A DNA stretch of 64,000 nucleotides from Rhizobiales bacterium 64-17 (GTDB lineage: Bacteria; Pseudomonadota; Alphaproteobacteria; Rhizobiales; Xanthobacteraceae). Location: assembly GCA_001899285.1 (NCBI GenBank), contig MKWA01000003.1:173493-237492 (forward strand), given 5' to 3'. How positions within the stretch are numbered: position 1 is the first letter of the stretch; each line of letters opens with the position of its first letter. Below are positions 46,304 through 56,193 of the stretch, piece by piece. The position numbers and the translations under genes were made by a program. The notes below the pieces were generated by a model. The model made no database searches. It was not told the origin of the DNA and saw nothing but the letters and a program-made list of their open reading frames with translations.

Positions 46304-48058
46304 TTAGTTGCGGGCGGGCATGCAGACGAACTTGCTGGCCTTGATCTCGCGGCAGGCTTTCGCCGCGCCGGCTTCGTCGAAACCGGCGAAGCGCGCGCGA
46401 TAGAAGGTGCGGGCGCCTTTCTTGACAGTCTCGGTGTAGGCTTCTGCGTGCTTGAGCAGGGCCTTGGTCGCGGATCGCACTTCGGACAACCGCTCCTTGG
46501 CTTCCTTCTCGCTCTCCAGCGCGCCGACCTGAATGAACCAGCCGCTGCGCGACTTGGCGTCGGCTTTGGCATGGGCCGCCACCGCGACCGCATCGGTGGG
46601 ATCCGCCGAGGCGACCTGCACCGGCAGCACGCCGAGCACGCCCGGTTTCGCGCCGGGAGGCGCGGGCGGCAGCGCGTCGTTGTTGGCAGACGTGTCGGCG
46701 CTGGCCAGCGCGACCGCCTGATTGTGGGTTTTCAGATCGATCGGCTTTTCAAAGCGCGGGTCGGGAGAGCTGGTTGCGGTCTTGACGGTGGTGATGCGGG
46801 TGTTGCCGGTCGTAACCGGCATCAGCGATGCGGTTTGCATCGTCGAACCTTTCACCGCGAGCGTTTTGACGGCGACCGGACGGATCGGCTCCTTGGAGCC
46901 GACTTCCGGCGCGTAAGCGGTGGCGCGCAGGGCGCGCGCGGCATCGGTCTCGACCGGGCGGCTGTCCGCCAACCGCGGCGCCGGAACCTTCGGCTCATCG
47001 ATGACTTCCGGCTTGGCTTCGCGTTCCGGACGCACGGACGGGACGGGAACGCTCTCGGCAGCGGCGAGGCGCGGCGCGGCCGCGTGGGCGTTTTCGACGA
47101 TGGCGGGCGCGGTCTGCTTGGTCGACGCCAGCATCGTGTATTTGCCGATCAATCCTTCCATCTGCGCGTCGCGCGCGCGGCCGCTGCGGCCGCCGAAGAT
47201 CGCCGCGACGACGTGACGGCCGGCGCGATGCACGGACGTGACGAGATTGAAACCGGACGCATTCACATAGCCGGTCTTGATGCCGTCGACGCCCTCGACG
47301 CGGCCGAGCAGCTTGTTGTGATTGCGCAACGGCTTGCCTTCGTAGACGAAGGTGCGGGTCGAGAAATAGCGGTAGTAGCGCGGGAACCGTTCCTGAATGG
47401 CGCGGCCGAGCGTGACCTGATCGCGCGCGGTGGTCCACTGCTCGTCGTTCGGAAGGCCCGAGGCGTTGTGATAGGTGGTGTTCTTCATGCCGAGCGCGCG
47501 CGCCTTCTGCGTCATCAGACGCGCGAAGCTCGGCTCGTCGCCGCCGAGATTTTCAGCGATCACCACGGCGACGTCGTTGGCCGACTTGGTGACGACGGCC
47601 TTGATGGCGGATTCGACGTCAATCGTGTCGCCGGGCGACAGATTAAGCTTTGACGGCGCTTGCGCCGCCGCGTGCGCGGACACGCGCAACTGCGAGGCGA
47701 GGCTGATCTTGCCGGCTTCGAGACGCTCGAACAGCAGATACAGCGTCATGATCTTGGTGAGCGAGGCCGGATGGCGCAACGCGTCGCCGTTGGTGTTCTG
47801 CAGCACCGCACCGGAATTCGCGTCGACCACGAGGCTCGAATAGGGTGGGGTATAGGCCCGCGCCGCCTTCACTTTGGCTGCGTGATGTTTGGCATGATGA
47901 GGTTTGCGCCGGCGTGCTTCCGCCGGATCGCTGGTGAGCGCGCCAGCCACCATGATGGTCGTCAGCGCCAAAGCTCCATAGCGGAGCCCGCGGCCCATTC
48001 GTGCTCGCAACATGCGTCCCCGTACCCGTTTCGGCGGCTCTGCGCCAAAGTCGACCAT
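46304..48058 (-). CDS. D-alanyl-D-alanine carboxypeptidase (PBP5/6-like serine hydrolase) with C-terminal SPOR domain
   Basis: SxxK motif in PASLTKIM. A long Ala/Pro linker follows, then a C-terminal SPOR-like region, GWFIQVGALESEKEAKERL...YRARFAGFD. The start is uncertain. Confidence 0.8.
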   Translation of the reverse strand: MVDFGAEPPKRVRGRMLRARMGRGLRYGALALTTIMVAGALTSDPAEARRRKPHHAKHHAAKVKAARAYTPPYSSLVVDANSGAVLQNTNGDALRHPASLTKIMTLYLLFERLEAGKISLASQLRVSAHAAAQAPSKLNLSPGDTIDVESAIKAVVTKSANDVAVVIAENLGGDEPSFARLMTQKARALGMKNTTYHNASGLPNDEQWTTARDQVTLGRAIQERFPRYYRYFSTRTFVYEGKPLRNHNKLLGRVEGVDGIKTGYVNASGFNLVTSVHRAGRHVVAAIFGGRSGRARDAQMEGLIGKYTMLASTKQTAPAIVENAHAAAPRLAAAESVPVPSVRPEREAKPEVIDEPKVPAPRLADSRPVETDAARALRATAYAPEVGSKEPIRPVAVKTLAVKGSTMQTASLMPVTTGNTRITTVKTATSSPDPRFEKPIDLKTHNQAVALASADTSANNDALPPAPPGAKPGVLGVLPVQVASADPTDAVAVAAHAKADAKSRSGWFIQVGALESEKEAKERLSEVRSATKALLKHAEAYTETVKKGARTFYRARFAGFDEAGAAKACREIKASKFVCMPARN

Positions 48059-48259
48059 TTCGCTGTCATGAGGAGGAAATGTGACCGCGCGCGCCCTGTC
48101 CTGATAAATCCGGTCGAGGGGTTAACGCTGTGTCCGATCCTGCCATCAGACAGGCTGCCCGAACGGGCAGCAGAAGCCATCACCGTAGGCCAGGGGGGTT
48201 TCCGAACTCTTAACTAAGCCTTTCATTTTCCGGAACATTTAGCTTCGGAGTTCCATTGC

Positions 48260-48276
48260 ATTTTGCATCGCAAAAT
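48260..48276 (+). promoter_or_regulatory. palindrome ATTTTGC-ATC-GCAAAAT upstream of the phasin promoter (candidate PhaR operator)
   Basis: A 7+7 perfect inverted repeat with a TGC-N3-GCA core. It lies 6 bp upstream of the -35 element. Confidence 0.4.
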
Positions 48277-48281
48277 AAAAC

Positions 48282-48309
48282 TTGACTTTATGTTGCGGTG
48301 CACTATTTT
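48282..48309 (+). promoter_or_regulatory. candidate phasin promoter (TTGACT-16 nt-TATTTT)
   Basis: TTGACT at 48282-48287 and TATTTT at 48304-48309. Confidence 0.45.
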
Positions 48310-48381
48310 GGCGGCATGCCTAGCCCGGTCGGCTGGGGCGGTTTGCAACGGCCGCCAGATGGCGGAGTCAGGGAGATGACA

Positions 48382-48711
48382 ATGGTGAAGTCGTTTGAAG
48401 ACCTGCAGCAGGTCGGTAAAGAGAACGTCGATCTCGCCGTGAAGGCGTTCGGCGCCGTTTCGTCGAAGGCGCAGGCGATTGCGACGGAAGTCGCGGATTA
48501 TTCGCGCAAGTCGTTCGAAGAGAGCACCGCTGCGTTCGAGAAGTTGCTCGGCGTCAAGTCGCTCGACAAGGCGATCGAAGTGCAGACGGATTACGCGAAG
48601 AATGCCTACGAAGGCTTCGTCTCGCAGGCCAACAAGCTCGGCGCGCTCTATGCCGATCTGGCCAAGGAGACCTACAAGCCGTTCGAAGCGATCGTCGCCA
48701 AGGCCAAGTAA
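48382..48711 (+). CDS. phaP: phasin (PHA granule-associated protein)
   Basis: MVKSFEDLQQVGKENVDLAVKAFGAV... is typical of alphaproteobacterial phasins. ATG 48382 has the SD AGGGAG 7 nt upstream. ATG 48376 is an alternative start. Confidence 0.85.
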   Translation: MVKSFEDLQQVGKENVDLAVKAFGAVSSKAQAIATEVADYSRKSFEESTAAFEKLLGVKSLDKAIEVQTDYAKNAYEGFVSQANKLGALYADLAKETYKPFEAIVAKAK

Positions 48712-48812
48712 GCAAGGCCAGGTAGGAACGCGACGTCGGGACCGGTCGGCCTCTGGCCGATCCTCCAAGGAAAGTCTCGATCCAGCCTGCGTCTCGCGGC
48801 GGATCGTTGCAG

Positions 48813-48838
48813 AAGCCCGGCTTTACGCCGGGCTTTTT
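48813..48838 (+). terminator. rho-independent terminator after the phasin gene
   Basis: A 9-bp stem, AAGCCCGGC/GCCGGGCTT, with a 5-nt loop and a T-run. Confidence 0.7.
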
Positions 48839-49216
48839 GCTGTCTGGGGCGTGCGCTCCGGACGGACACGGGGCGAATAGACCCAAGCCGGATGCTTCAT
48901 TGATTTTGCTATTGCGAATTAGTTGCAAGAAAGTAGAGTAATGATCCGGGCATCGCCCCGAACGGGAGCGATGGCCGAAGAGCCAACCCGCGGCCGAGTG
49001 GCGCACGAAGCCGCCCGGTCACGGGAATGACGGCACAGCGGGGGCACAGGCGGTGGTTTCTCAAGACACCAGACAGGCGGCTGCATCGCGATTTTGCAGG
49101 GGGCAGCCGAACAAAGGTTCTTTCGATCGATGGTCGGCTGGCGCTATCGAGGATGGCCTGACGTCATCGGTCTGTCATCCGGCTCGGCGACGTTCGCGCG
49201 CCAATCGGGTAGCCCC

Positions 49217-51202
49217 ATGATCCGGACGACGTTGCGTTTGTGTGCCTGGTCCGGCTGCGCGCTCCTGACTGTTTCGCAGGTCGCTTCCCTTGCGACGTCT
49301 GTCGCTGCCGCGGAAACGCCGGCACGCTGGGACGGCAGCTATCTGGGTGTCCATGTCGGCTACGGTCGCGGAACCATCACACCCATATTAGGCGGCGCGC
49401 TGTCGCCCGCCGGCCAGCCGGGCTTCGGCAGCCTCTCGGGCGGCGTGTTCGGCGGCTACAACGTGCAGACGAGCAACGGCACGGTGCTCGGCGTCGAAGC
49501 GGACGTCACATTTCCGGATTCGCAGCCGCACGCGGAGAGCCTTTGGGCCGGAACCTCGCCGGCTGGTCTCGTCACCGAAGCACTCGGCGGCCTCGGCAGC
49601 GTGCGGCTTCGTGTCGGCCATGCGCAAGGCGACTGGCTCGGCTACGTGACCGGCGGTTTCGCGGCAGCGATCAGCCATACCTCGCGCATGTCCGCGCCGG
49701 ACGCCGACGATAATGTCGCGCGCTCGCATCTGCGGCTCGGCTGGACCGTCGGCGCCGGTGTCGAATACGCCTTCGCGGCGCCGTGGTCGCTGCGCGCCGA
49801 AGTGCTGTACACGAATTTCGGCACGCGCGATGTGTCGCCGCCGGGCGGTCCCGCCTATGGGGCGCGCTTCGATCTGTGGACCGCGCGCCTCGGCCTTGCT
49901 TATCGGTTCACCGATCTGCCGGGCCGATCTGCGAAGACAGCAACGGAGGGGAGCGGCATCGATTGGGAAATGCATGGCCAATCGACCTATGTCTTGCAGG
50001 GTTATCCGGCGTTTCGGTCGCCGTATTACGGCGCCAACAGTTTTTCGCCGTGGCCGCAGGCGAAAGCGACGTGGACCGCGAGCGTATTCGTCGGCGTTCG
50101 CGTCTGGGACGGTGGGGAGGTGTATTTCAATCCTGAACTGCTGCAGGGCTTCGGTTTCAACGGCACCGCGGGCGCGGGTGGCTTTCCGAACGGCGAGGCG
50201 CAGAAATCGGACTTCGCCTATCCGCACTACAACACGTCGCGCCTGTTCCTGCGCCACACCTTCGGATTTGGCGGTGAGCAGGAAACGGTCGAGAGCGATT
50301 ACGGACAGATGGCCGGCAAGCGTGATGTGTCGCGCCTGAGCATCCAGGTCGGCAAATTCGCGGTGCATGACGTGTTCGATACGAATTCCTATGCCAACGA
50401 TCCGCGCGAGGATTTCCTCAACTGGTCGATCTGGGCGGCGGGCGCGTTTGATTATCCGGCAGACCGGCTCGGCCTGACCTATGGTGCGGTGGCCGATTTC
50501 AATCAGAAGCAATGGGCGCTGCGGGCCGGCTATTTCCTGGTCGGCAACGAGCCCAATTCCAGCAATTTCGATATGGCGCTGTTCCGCCGCGGCGGTTACG
50601 TGACCGAATTCGAACAGCGTTATGCGATTGCCGATCTGCCCGGCAAGATCAAGTTGATGGGCTGGATGCACAACACGTTTTCCGGCCGTTATCGCGACGC
50701 GCTCGATCTCGTCGCGGCGACGCCGGGCCTCGACATCAACGATGCGATCGTGCGGGCCCGGCGCGGCAACACCAAGTTCGGCTATGTGGTGAACTGGGAG
50801 CAAGCGCTGTCGGATACGGTGGGCCTGTTCGGCCGCTGGAGCTGGAACAACGGCCGCAACGAGATTTCCGCATTCACCGATATCGACGCGTCGCTGTCGG
50901 GAGGCTTGTCGATCAAGGGCGCGTCCTGGGGGCGGCCGAACGATACCGTCGGTCTTGGCGGTGCGATCAATGCGCTGTCGCGCGATCACCGCGATTACTT
51001 CGCGGCCGGCGGTTACGGCGTGCTGGTCGGCGATGGCCGTCTCAGTTACGGCACCGAGAAGATCCTCGAAACCTATTATGCCGTGCGCCTGCGCGAAGGT
51101 TTCGTGGCGACGGCGGACTATCAGCTCATCGTCAATCCCGGATACAACCGCGACCGCGGCCCGGTGTCGGTGTTCTCGATGCGGCTGCGCGCCGAGCGCT
51201 GA
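49217..51202 (+). CDS. outer-membrane porin: N-terminal Omp25/Omp31-like small beta-barrel fused to OprB-type carbohydrate-selective porin domain
   Basis: ATG 49217 with a signal peptide. Residues ~30-265 show small-barrel signatures (WDGSYLGVHVGYG, GGYNVQ..VLGVEADV, GWTVGAGVEYAF, ARLGLAYRF). The remainder is OprB-like (WEMHGQSTYVLQGYPAFRSPYYGANS...). Confidence 0.75.
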   Translation: MIRTTLRLCAWSGCALLTVSQVASLATSVAAAETPARWDGSYLGVHVGYGRGTITPILGGALSPAGQPGFGSLSGGVFGGYNVQTSNGTVLGVEADVTFPDSQPHAESLWAGTSPAGLVTEALGGLGSVRLRVGHAQGDWLGYVTGGFAAAISHTSRMSAPDADDNVARSHLRLGWTVGAGVEYAFAAPWSLRAEVLYTNFGTRDVSPPGGPAYGARFDLWTARLGLAYRFTDLPGRSAKTATEGSGIDWEMHGQSTYVLQGYPAFRSPYYGANSFSPWPQAKATWTASVFVGVRVWDGGEVYFNPELLQGFGFNGTAGAGGFPNGEAQKSDFAYPHYNTSRLFLRHTFGFGGEQETVESDYGQMAGKRDVSRLSIQVGKFAVHDVFDTNSYANDPREDFLNWSIWAAGAFDYPADRLGLTYGAVADFNQKQWALRAGYFLVGNEPNSSNFDMALFRRGGYVTEFEQRYAIADLPGKIKLMGWMHNTFSGRYRDALDLVAATPGLDINDAIVRARRGNTKFGYVVNWEQALSDTVGLFGRWSWNNGRNEISAFTDIDASLSGGLSIKGASWGRPNDTVGLGGAINALSRDHRDYFAAGGYGVLVGDGRLSYGTEKILETYYAVRLREGFVATADYQLIVNPGYNRDRGPVSVFSMRLRAER

Positions 51203-51227
51203 TCGACGACACAGAAGAGCTATAGAA

Positions 51228-51252
51228 AAGGCCCGGCAACCGGCCGGGCCTT
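51228..51252. terminator. bidirectional hairpin terminator between porin and TadG-like genes
   Basis: A 10-bp stem, AAGGCCCGGC/GCCGGGCCTT, with a 5-nt loop. It is flanked by AAAA and TTCT. Confidence 0.65.
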
Positions 51253-51286
51253 CTCCAGGGACCGCGCTTGTCCCGTGTGGCGTTGA

Positions 51287-52669
51287 TCAGTTGGCGATGC
51301 GCAGCTTGCTCAGCGCCGTGCCGATCGACTGGAAGGTCGAGATCAACTGGTTGGCGGTCTTGATCTCGGTGAATTTGTCGCTGCTGCTCGCGCAATTCTG
51401 CAGCAGGGTCGAGGTCGGATCGCCGCCGGTGTTGACGTGGATGGTGTAGATCGTCACGCCGGCCGCCTTGGCGTTGGCGCAGGTGCCGATACCGCTCTTA
51501 GTCGAGTCGTACATACGCTTGTCGACACTCGTTGAGGTCGTCGAGCCGTTGCCGTACCAGCGGTCCTGGGTGTTGAGGCCGTCCGACATCAGGATGATCA
51601 CGTCGGAATAGATGAAGTTCGGGTCTTTCGCCGGAGCGGTCAGTGGCCCGCCACCGACCAGCGATTGCCAGGCCCAAACCAGCCCAACCGGCTGATTGGT
51701 GCCGCCGCTCGGCTGCATATCGTCAACCAGATTGTTCAGCGTGGTCCAGTTATAGGTCAGGCCCTGGATCGCCACGGGGCAGGCGTCGTACTGCTCCGCC
51801 GGGAATTTGGATGCGGCGGTGGTGGTCGGCGCATCGACCTTCTGGTCCCAGTTGTTGGAGTCCGGCGAATTGGAGCCGCCACGATCGGTCACGCAGCCGT
51901 TCCAGCGGTTGTGGTTGGTCGCGCTCCACCGGCCGCCGCCATTCACGCAGTCGGATTTCGTGTTGTACGAACCCCACCGCGGAGAGGTGCTGCAGCTGCC
52001 GTTGTTCTCGTCGAAATCGGTCCAGTCGATATAGCTCTGATTGAAGGTGCCGGATCCGATATTCACGTCCTTCGCGAACGGAATGATGGAGACATAGACG
52101 TCTCCGTCCTTCGCAGCCGCGCTCTGGAGCTGCGTCAGCAGATTCCTGGTCGCGGTCTTGAGCGCGCTCATCTTGCCGTCGTCCGACATCGAGCCGGTAT
52201 TGTCGAGGGCGAGCGCGACACGCAGCTTGTTCATGCCCCACTTGGCCGTGGACGTGACGCTGATCGGCATATTGCTGTAGCCCATCAGTCCCATGAAGTT
52301 GGTGGGCACGGTAGCGCTGCCGTTGAGCACGACCTGCGAACCGCCCGTGGTCGTGTAGGACGCGGTGATGACGATGTTCTTCGCCTCGGGCCGGGTGAAC
52401 AGGGCTTTGAAATAGTCGTTGGCCTTGGTGGTGATCTGCGCCGCGGTCATCGAACTCGCGTTTTTCGACAGCATCAGCGCGGTGGCATCGATGGCCGCTT
52501 GCATGGCAGCCTTCGTCGAGTTCGCTCGACTGTAGTCAACCGCGCTGCCGACAAAGCCGACGATCGGGATGGTGGCCAGCGCGAAGGTGGTCGCGACGTT
52601 GCCGGCATTGGCGCGTTTGAAATTGCTCCAGGCCGCAATGAAGCGCCGTGCAAGGTTCTGCCTGATCAT
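51287..52669 (-). CDS. TadG/TadE-like pilus-associated protein with VWA domain
   Basis: ATG 52669. The N-terminal region is TadE/TadG-like: NAGNVATTFALATIPIVGFVGSAVDYSR. The MIDAS motif is LALDNTGSMSD. 460 aa. Confidence 0.75.
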   Translation of the reverse strand: MIRQNLARRFIAAWSNFKRANAGNVATTFALATIPIVGFVGSAVDYSRANSTKAAMQAAIDATALMLSKNASSMTAAQITTKANDYFKALFTRPEAKNIVITASYTTTGGSQVVLNGSATVPTNFMGLMGYSNMPISVTSTAKWGMNKLRVALALDNTGSMSDDGKMSALKTATRNLLTQLQSAAAKDGDVYVSIIPFAKDVNIGSGTFNQSYIDWTDFDENNGSCSTSPRWGSYNTKSDCVNGGGRWSATNHNRWNGCVTDRGGSNSPDSNNWDQKVDAPTTTAASKFPAEQYDACPVAIQGLTYNWTTLNNLVDDMQPSGGTNQPVGLVWAWQSLVGGGPLTAPAKDPNFIYSDVIILMSDGLNTQDRWYGNGSTTSTSVDKRMYDSTKSGIGTCANAKAAGVTIYTIHVNTGGDPTSTLLQNCASSSDKFTEIKTANQLISTFQSIGTALSKLRIAN

Positions 52670-53234
52670 GTGAATGCCCGCTGACTTTGCCGCTGTTTGC
52701 CCGAGGCTCTGCCGCTGTCGTGCATGCAGAACCTGCCGATCGATTGCATCGCAGTCTGAACGGTGGCCATGAAAAGCCGGTAAAATACGCAGCGAATGCC
52801 AGGTTAAGCCGCATTCACCATGCGCGTTCCTCGTCGAATGGCTAATGAAATGCCAATTCGTCCTGACAATGCCTGTCCACGAGTCGGCGCGGGCGTTGTG
52901 GAAAAGGCGAACTCGCCGAGCGCGGGGCGGCTTGCGAGCGTTAAATTGATGGCTATCTGAGGGTTCCGGAACCCTTGGGCCGGCGCTCTGGAAGTGACGG
53001 CGGAGCACCTTTATGATTGCCTGAGCGGAGCTGGCGAAGCTGGAACTGTTTCAATCCGGCACGATGAAAGGCCGGATCGAGGGTCCGGAACGACGACCGA
53101 GAGCGATGACTGGGAAGCGCAGGACGACAGCAGAACAGACGGCCGGCAGCCGCGACCCGGTTGGCGGGATGGCTCCGGCAAGGTGCGTGTCCCGGTGTGA
53201 ACCCGGTCGGAAGCCGGTGGCGGCCGATCCTGCG

Positions 53235-53576
53235 ATGATGGCCGACGACGACAAGCGCCGCCGCAACGGTGATCCCGGCGCCCCCGGAACCGCGGTCATT
53301 TCCAAGACGCGGCCCCAGGTCAAACGGCCAAGCCTCTACCGCGTCCTGATCCTCAACGACGATTACACGCCGATGGAATTCGTCGTGCATGTGATCGAGC
53401 GGTTTTTCAGCAAGGACCATGAAGCGGCCAACCGCATCATGCTCCATGTGCACAATCACGGGATCGGCGAGTGCGGCGTGTATACTTATGAGGTCGCCGA
53501 AACCAAAGTGACGCAGGTGATGGACTTTGCCCGCAAACACCAGCATCCTTTGCAGTGCGTCATGGAGAAGAAATAG
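53235..53576 (+). CDS. clpS: ATP-dependent Clp protease adaptor ClpS
   Basis: Core sequence [24 protein letters not shown]...[19 protein letters not shown]. The start is at the tandem ATGs 53235/53238. Confidence 0.9.
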   Translation: MMADDDKRRRNGDPGAPGTAVISKTRPQVKRPSLYRVLILNDDYTPMEFVVHVIERFFSKDHEAANRIMLHVHNHGIGECGVYTYEVAETKVTQVMDFARKHQHPLQCVMEKK

Positions 53577-53636
53577 GCGACAGACAGAAGGGGCGAGGGG
53601 CGCCGACTTCACGGAAGACAAAAGACTGGACACCGA

Positions 53637-56060
53637 ATGCCGACTTTTTCGCGCAGCCTCGAACAATCTCTGCATCGCGCTCTGGCGCTGGCCAATGAGC
53701 GCCACCACGAATACGCGACGCTCGAACATCTGCTGCTCGCGCTGATCGACGATCAGGATGCGTCCGCGGTGATGCGGGCCTGTAATGTCGATCTCGACAA
53801 GCTGCGCCGCAGCCTCGGCTCCTATCTGGAATCGGAACTGGAAAATCTGGTTACTGATGGCGCCGACGATTCCAAGCCGACCGCCGGGTTCCAGCGCGTG
53901 ATCCAGCGCGCGGTGATCCACGTTCAGTCCTCCGGCCGTGAAGAGGTCACTGGCGCCAATGTGCTGGTCGCGATCTTCGCCGAGCGCGAAAGCCACGCCG
54001 CCTATTTCCTGCAAGAGCAGGACATGACGCGCTACGACGCGGTCAACTATATCAGCCACGGTATCGCCAAGCGGCCGGGCATGTCGGAATCGCGCCCGGT
54101 GCGCGGCTCCGAAGAGGAAACAGATTCCAAGTCCACCGAGGATACGAAGAAGAAGGGCGACGCGCTCGAAGCCTATTGCGTCAACCTCAACAAGAAGGCG
54201 CGCGAGGGCAAGATTGATCCGCTGATCGGCCGTGATGCCGAGATCAGCCGCACGATCCAGGTTCTGTGCCGCCGGCAGAAGAACAATCCGCTGTTCGTCG
54301 GCGATGCCGGTGTTGGCAAGACGGCGATCGCGGAAGGTCTTGCGCGACGCATCGTCCATGGCGAGGTTCCCGAGGTTCTCAAGGACAACACGGTGTTCTC
54401 GCTCGATATGGGCACGTTGCTTGCCGGCACGCGCTATCGCGGCGACTTCGAGGAGCGGCTCAAGCAGGTGATCAAGGAGATCGAAGCCTATCCCGGCTCG
54501 ATCCTGTTCATCGACGAGATCCACACCGTGATCGGCGCTGGCGCCACCTCGGGCGGTGCGATGGATGCGTCGAATCTGCTCAAGCCGGCGCTCGCCAGTG
54601 GTTCGATCCGCTGCATCGGCTCGACCACCTATAAGGAATACCGGCAGCACTTCGAGAAGGACCGCGCACTGGTGCGCCGGTTCCAGAAGATCGACGTCAA
54701 GGAGCCGAGCGTTCCCGACGCGATCGAGATCCTCAAGGGGCTCAAGCCGTATTTCGAGGACTACCACAAGCTCAAATACACCAACGACGCCATCAAGGCC
54801 GCGGTGGAACTGTCGTCGCGCTACATCCACGACCGCAAGCTGCCCGACAAGGCGATCGACGTGATCGATGAATCCGGCGCGGCGCAGATGCTGGTGCCGG
54901 AAAACAAGCGCAAGAAGACGATCGGTCTCAAGGAGATCGAGACGACGATCGCGACCATGGCGCGCATCCCGCCCAAGACTGTGTCGAAGGACGATGCGGT
55001 GGTGCTGCAGCATCTCGAACAGACGCTGAAAACCACTGTCTACGGTCAGGACAAGGCGATCGAGTCGCTGGCTGCGTCGATCAAGCTGGCGCGGGCAGGC
55101 TTGCGCGAACCGGAGAAGCCGATCGGCTGCTATCTGTTCTCCGGCCCGACCGGCGTCGGCAAGACCGAGGTCGCCAAGCAACTAGCGAAGACGCTCGGCG
55201 TCGAGCTGATCCGCTTCGATATGTCGGAATACATGGAACGGCACACGGTGTCGCGCCTGATCGGCGCGCCGCCCGGCTATGTCGGCTTCGACCAGGGTGG
55301 TCTGCTCACCGACGGCGTCGATCAGCATCCTCACTCTGTGCTGCTGCTCGACGAGATCGAGAAGGCGCATCCGGATCTGTTCAACGTGCTGCTGCAGATC
55401 ATGGATCACGGCAAGCTGACCGATCACAACGGCAAACAGGTCGATTTCCGCAACGTCATCCTGATCATGACCACCAATGCCGGCGCGTCCGACATGTCGA
55501 AGGCGGCTTACGGCTTCACCCGCAGCAAGCGGGAAGGCGACGACGTCGAGGCGATCAACCGGCTGTTCGCGCCGGAATTCCGCAACCGGCTCGATGCGAT
55601 CGTCACTTTCGCGCATCTGTCGCCGGCGATCATCGCTCAGGTGGTCGAGAAGTTCGTGCTGCAGCTCGAGGCGCAACTGGCCGATCGCGGCGTCACGATC
55701 TCGTTGTCGGATGAGGCGTCGCGCTGGCTGATCGCCAACGGCTACGACGAACTGATGGGCGCGCGGCCGATGGCCCGCGTGATCCAGGAGCACATCAAGA
55801 AGCCGCTGGCCGAGGAAGTGTTGTTCGGCCGCCTGAAATCGGGCGGGCATGTCCGCGTCGTCCTGATCAAGGACGATGCCGGCCGCGAGAAGCTCGGCTT
55901 CGAATATCTCGACGGGCCGGTGAAGCCGAAGCCGGACAAGCTGCCGGAGCCGGGCGTCAAGGCGAAGCGCCGCAGCGCGCCGCGCCGCAAGCCCAAAGGT
56001 GGCGGCGATGGCGATCCGCCGCGCGGCTCGGTGCCGAAGGTGCCGCTGGTGAAAGCCTGA
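53637..56060 (+). CDS. clpA: ATP-dependent Clp protease ATP-binding subunit ClpA
   Basis: Two AAA+ modules, with Walker A GDAGVGKT and GPTGVGKT. 807 aa, downstream of clpS. Confidence 0.95.
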   Translation: MPTFSRSLEQSLHRALALANERHHEYATLEHLLLALIDDQDASAVMRACNVDLDKLRRSLGSYLESELENLVTDGADDSKPTAGFQRVIQRAVIHVQSSGREEVTGANVLVAIFAERESHAAYFLQEQDMTRYDAVNYISHGIAKRPGMSESRPVRGSEEETDSKSTEDTKKKGDALEAYCVNLNKKAREGKIDPLIGRDAEISRTIQVLCRRQKNNPLFVGDAGVGKTAIAEGLARRIVHGEVPEVLKDNTVFSLDMGTLLAGTRYRGDFEERLKQVIKEIEAYPGSILFIDEIHTVIGAGATSGGAMDASNLLKPALASGSIRCIGSTTYKEYRQHFEKDRALVRRFQKIDVKEPSVPDAIEILKGLKPYFEDYHKLKYTNDAIKAAVELSSRYIHDRKLPDKAIDVIDESGAAQMLVPENKRKKTIGLKEIETTIATMARIPPKTVSKDDAVVLQHLEQTLKTTVYGQDKAIESLAASIKLARAGLREPEKPIGCYLFSGPTGVGKTEVAKQLAKTLGVELIRFDMSEYMERHTVSRLIGAPPGYVGFDQGGLLTDGVDQHPHSVLLLDEIEKAHPDLFNVLLQIMDHGKLTDHNGKQVDFRNVILIMTTNAGASDMSKAAYGFTRSKREGDDVEAINRLFAPEFRNRLDAIVTFAHLSPAIIAQVVEKFVLQLEAQLADRGVTISLSDEASRWLIANGYDELMGARPMARVIQEHIKKPLAEEVLFGRLKSGGHVRVVLIKDDAGREKLGFEYLDGPVKPKPDKLPEPGVKAKRRSAPRRKPKGGGDGDPPRGSVPKVPLVKA

Positions 56061-56072
56061 ACATCGCGATGG

Positions 56073-56104
56073 AAGAGGCCGCCTTCGGGCGGCCTCTTTA
56101 GTTT
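56073..56104 (+). terminator. rho-independent terminator after clpA
   Basis: An 11-bp stem, AAGAGGCCGCC/GGCGGCCTCTT, with a TTCG tetraloop, followed by TTAGTTT. Confidence 0.75.
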
Positions 56105-56193
56105 GCGGAGTGCGTTGCCTCTCTCTTTTTGCGCCACCCCCATGCGGCGGGATGCGGTTGCGCCGGACAAGCCGGCATGGGAGCAACGGGCCC

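Noticed and set aside
52953-55181. 742-aa minus-strand ORF.
   Set aside because: It is antisense to clpS/clpA and has the low-complexity composition of a shadow ORF.
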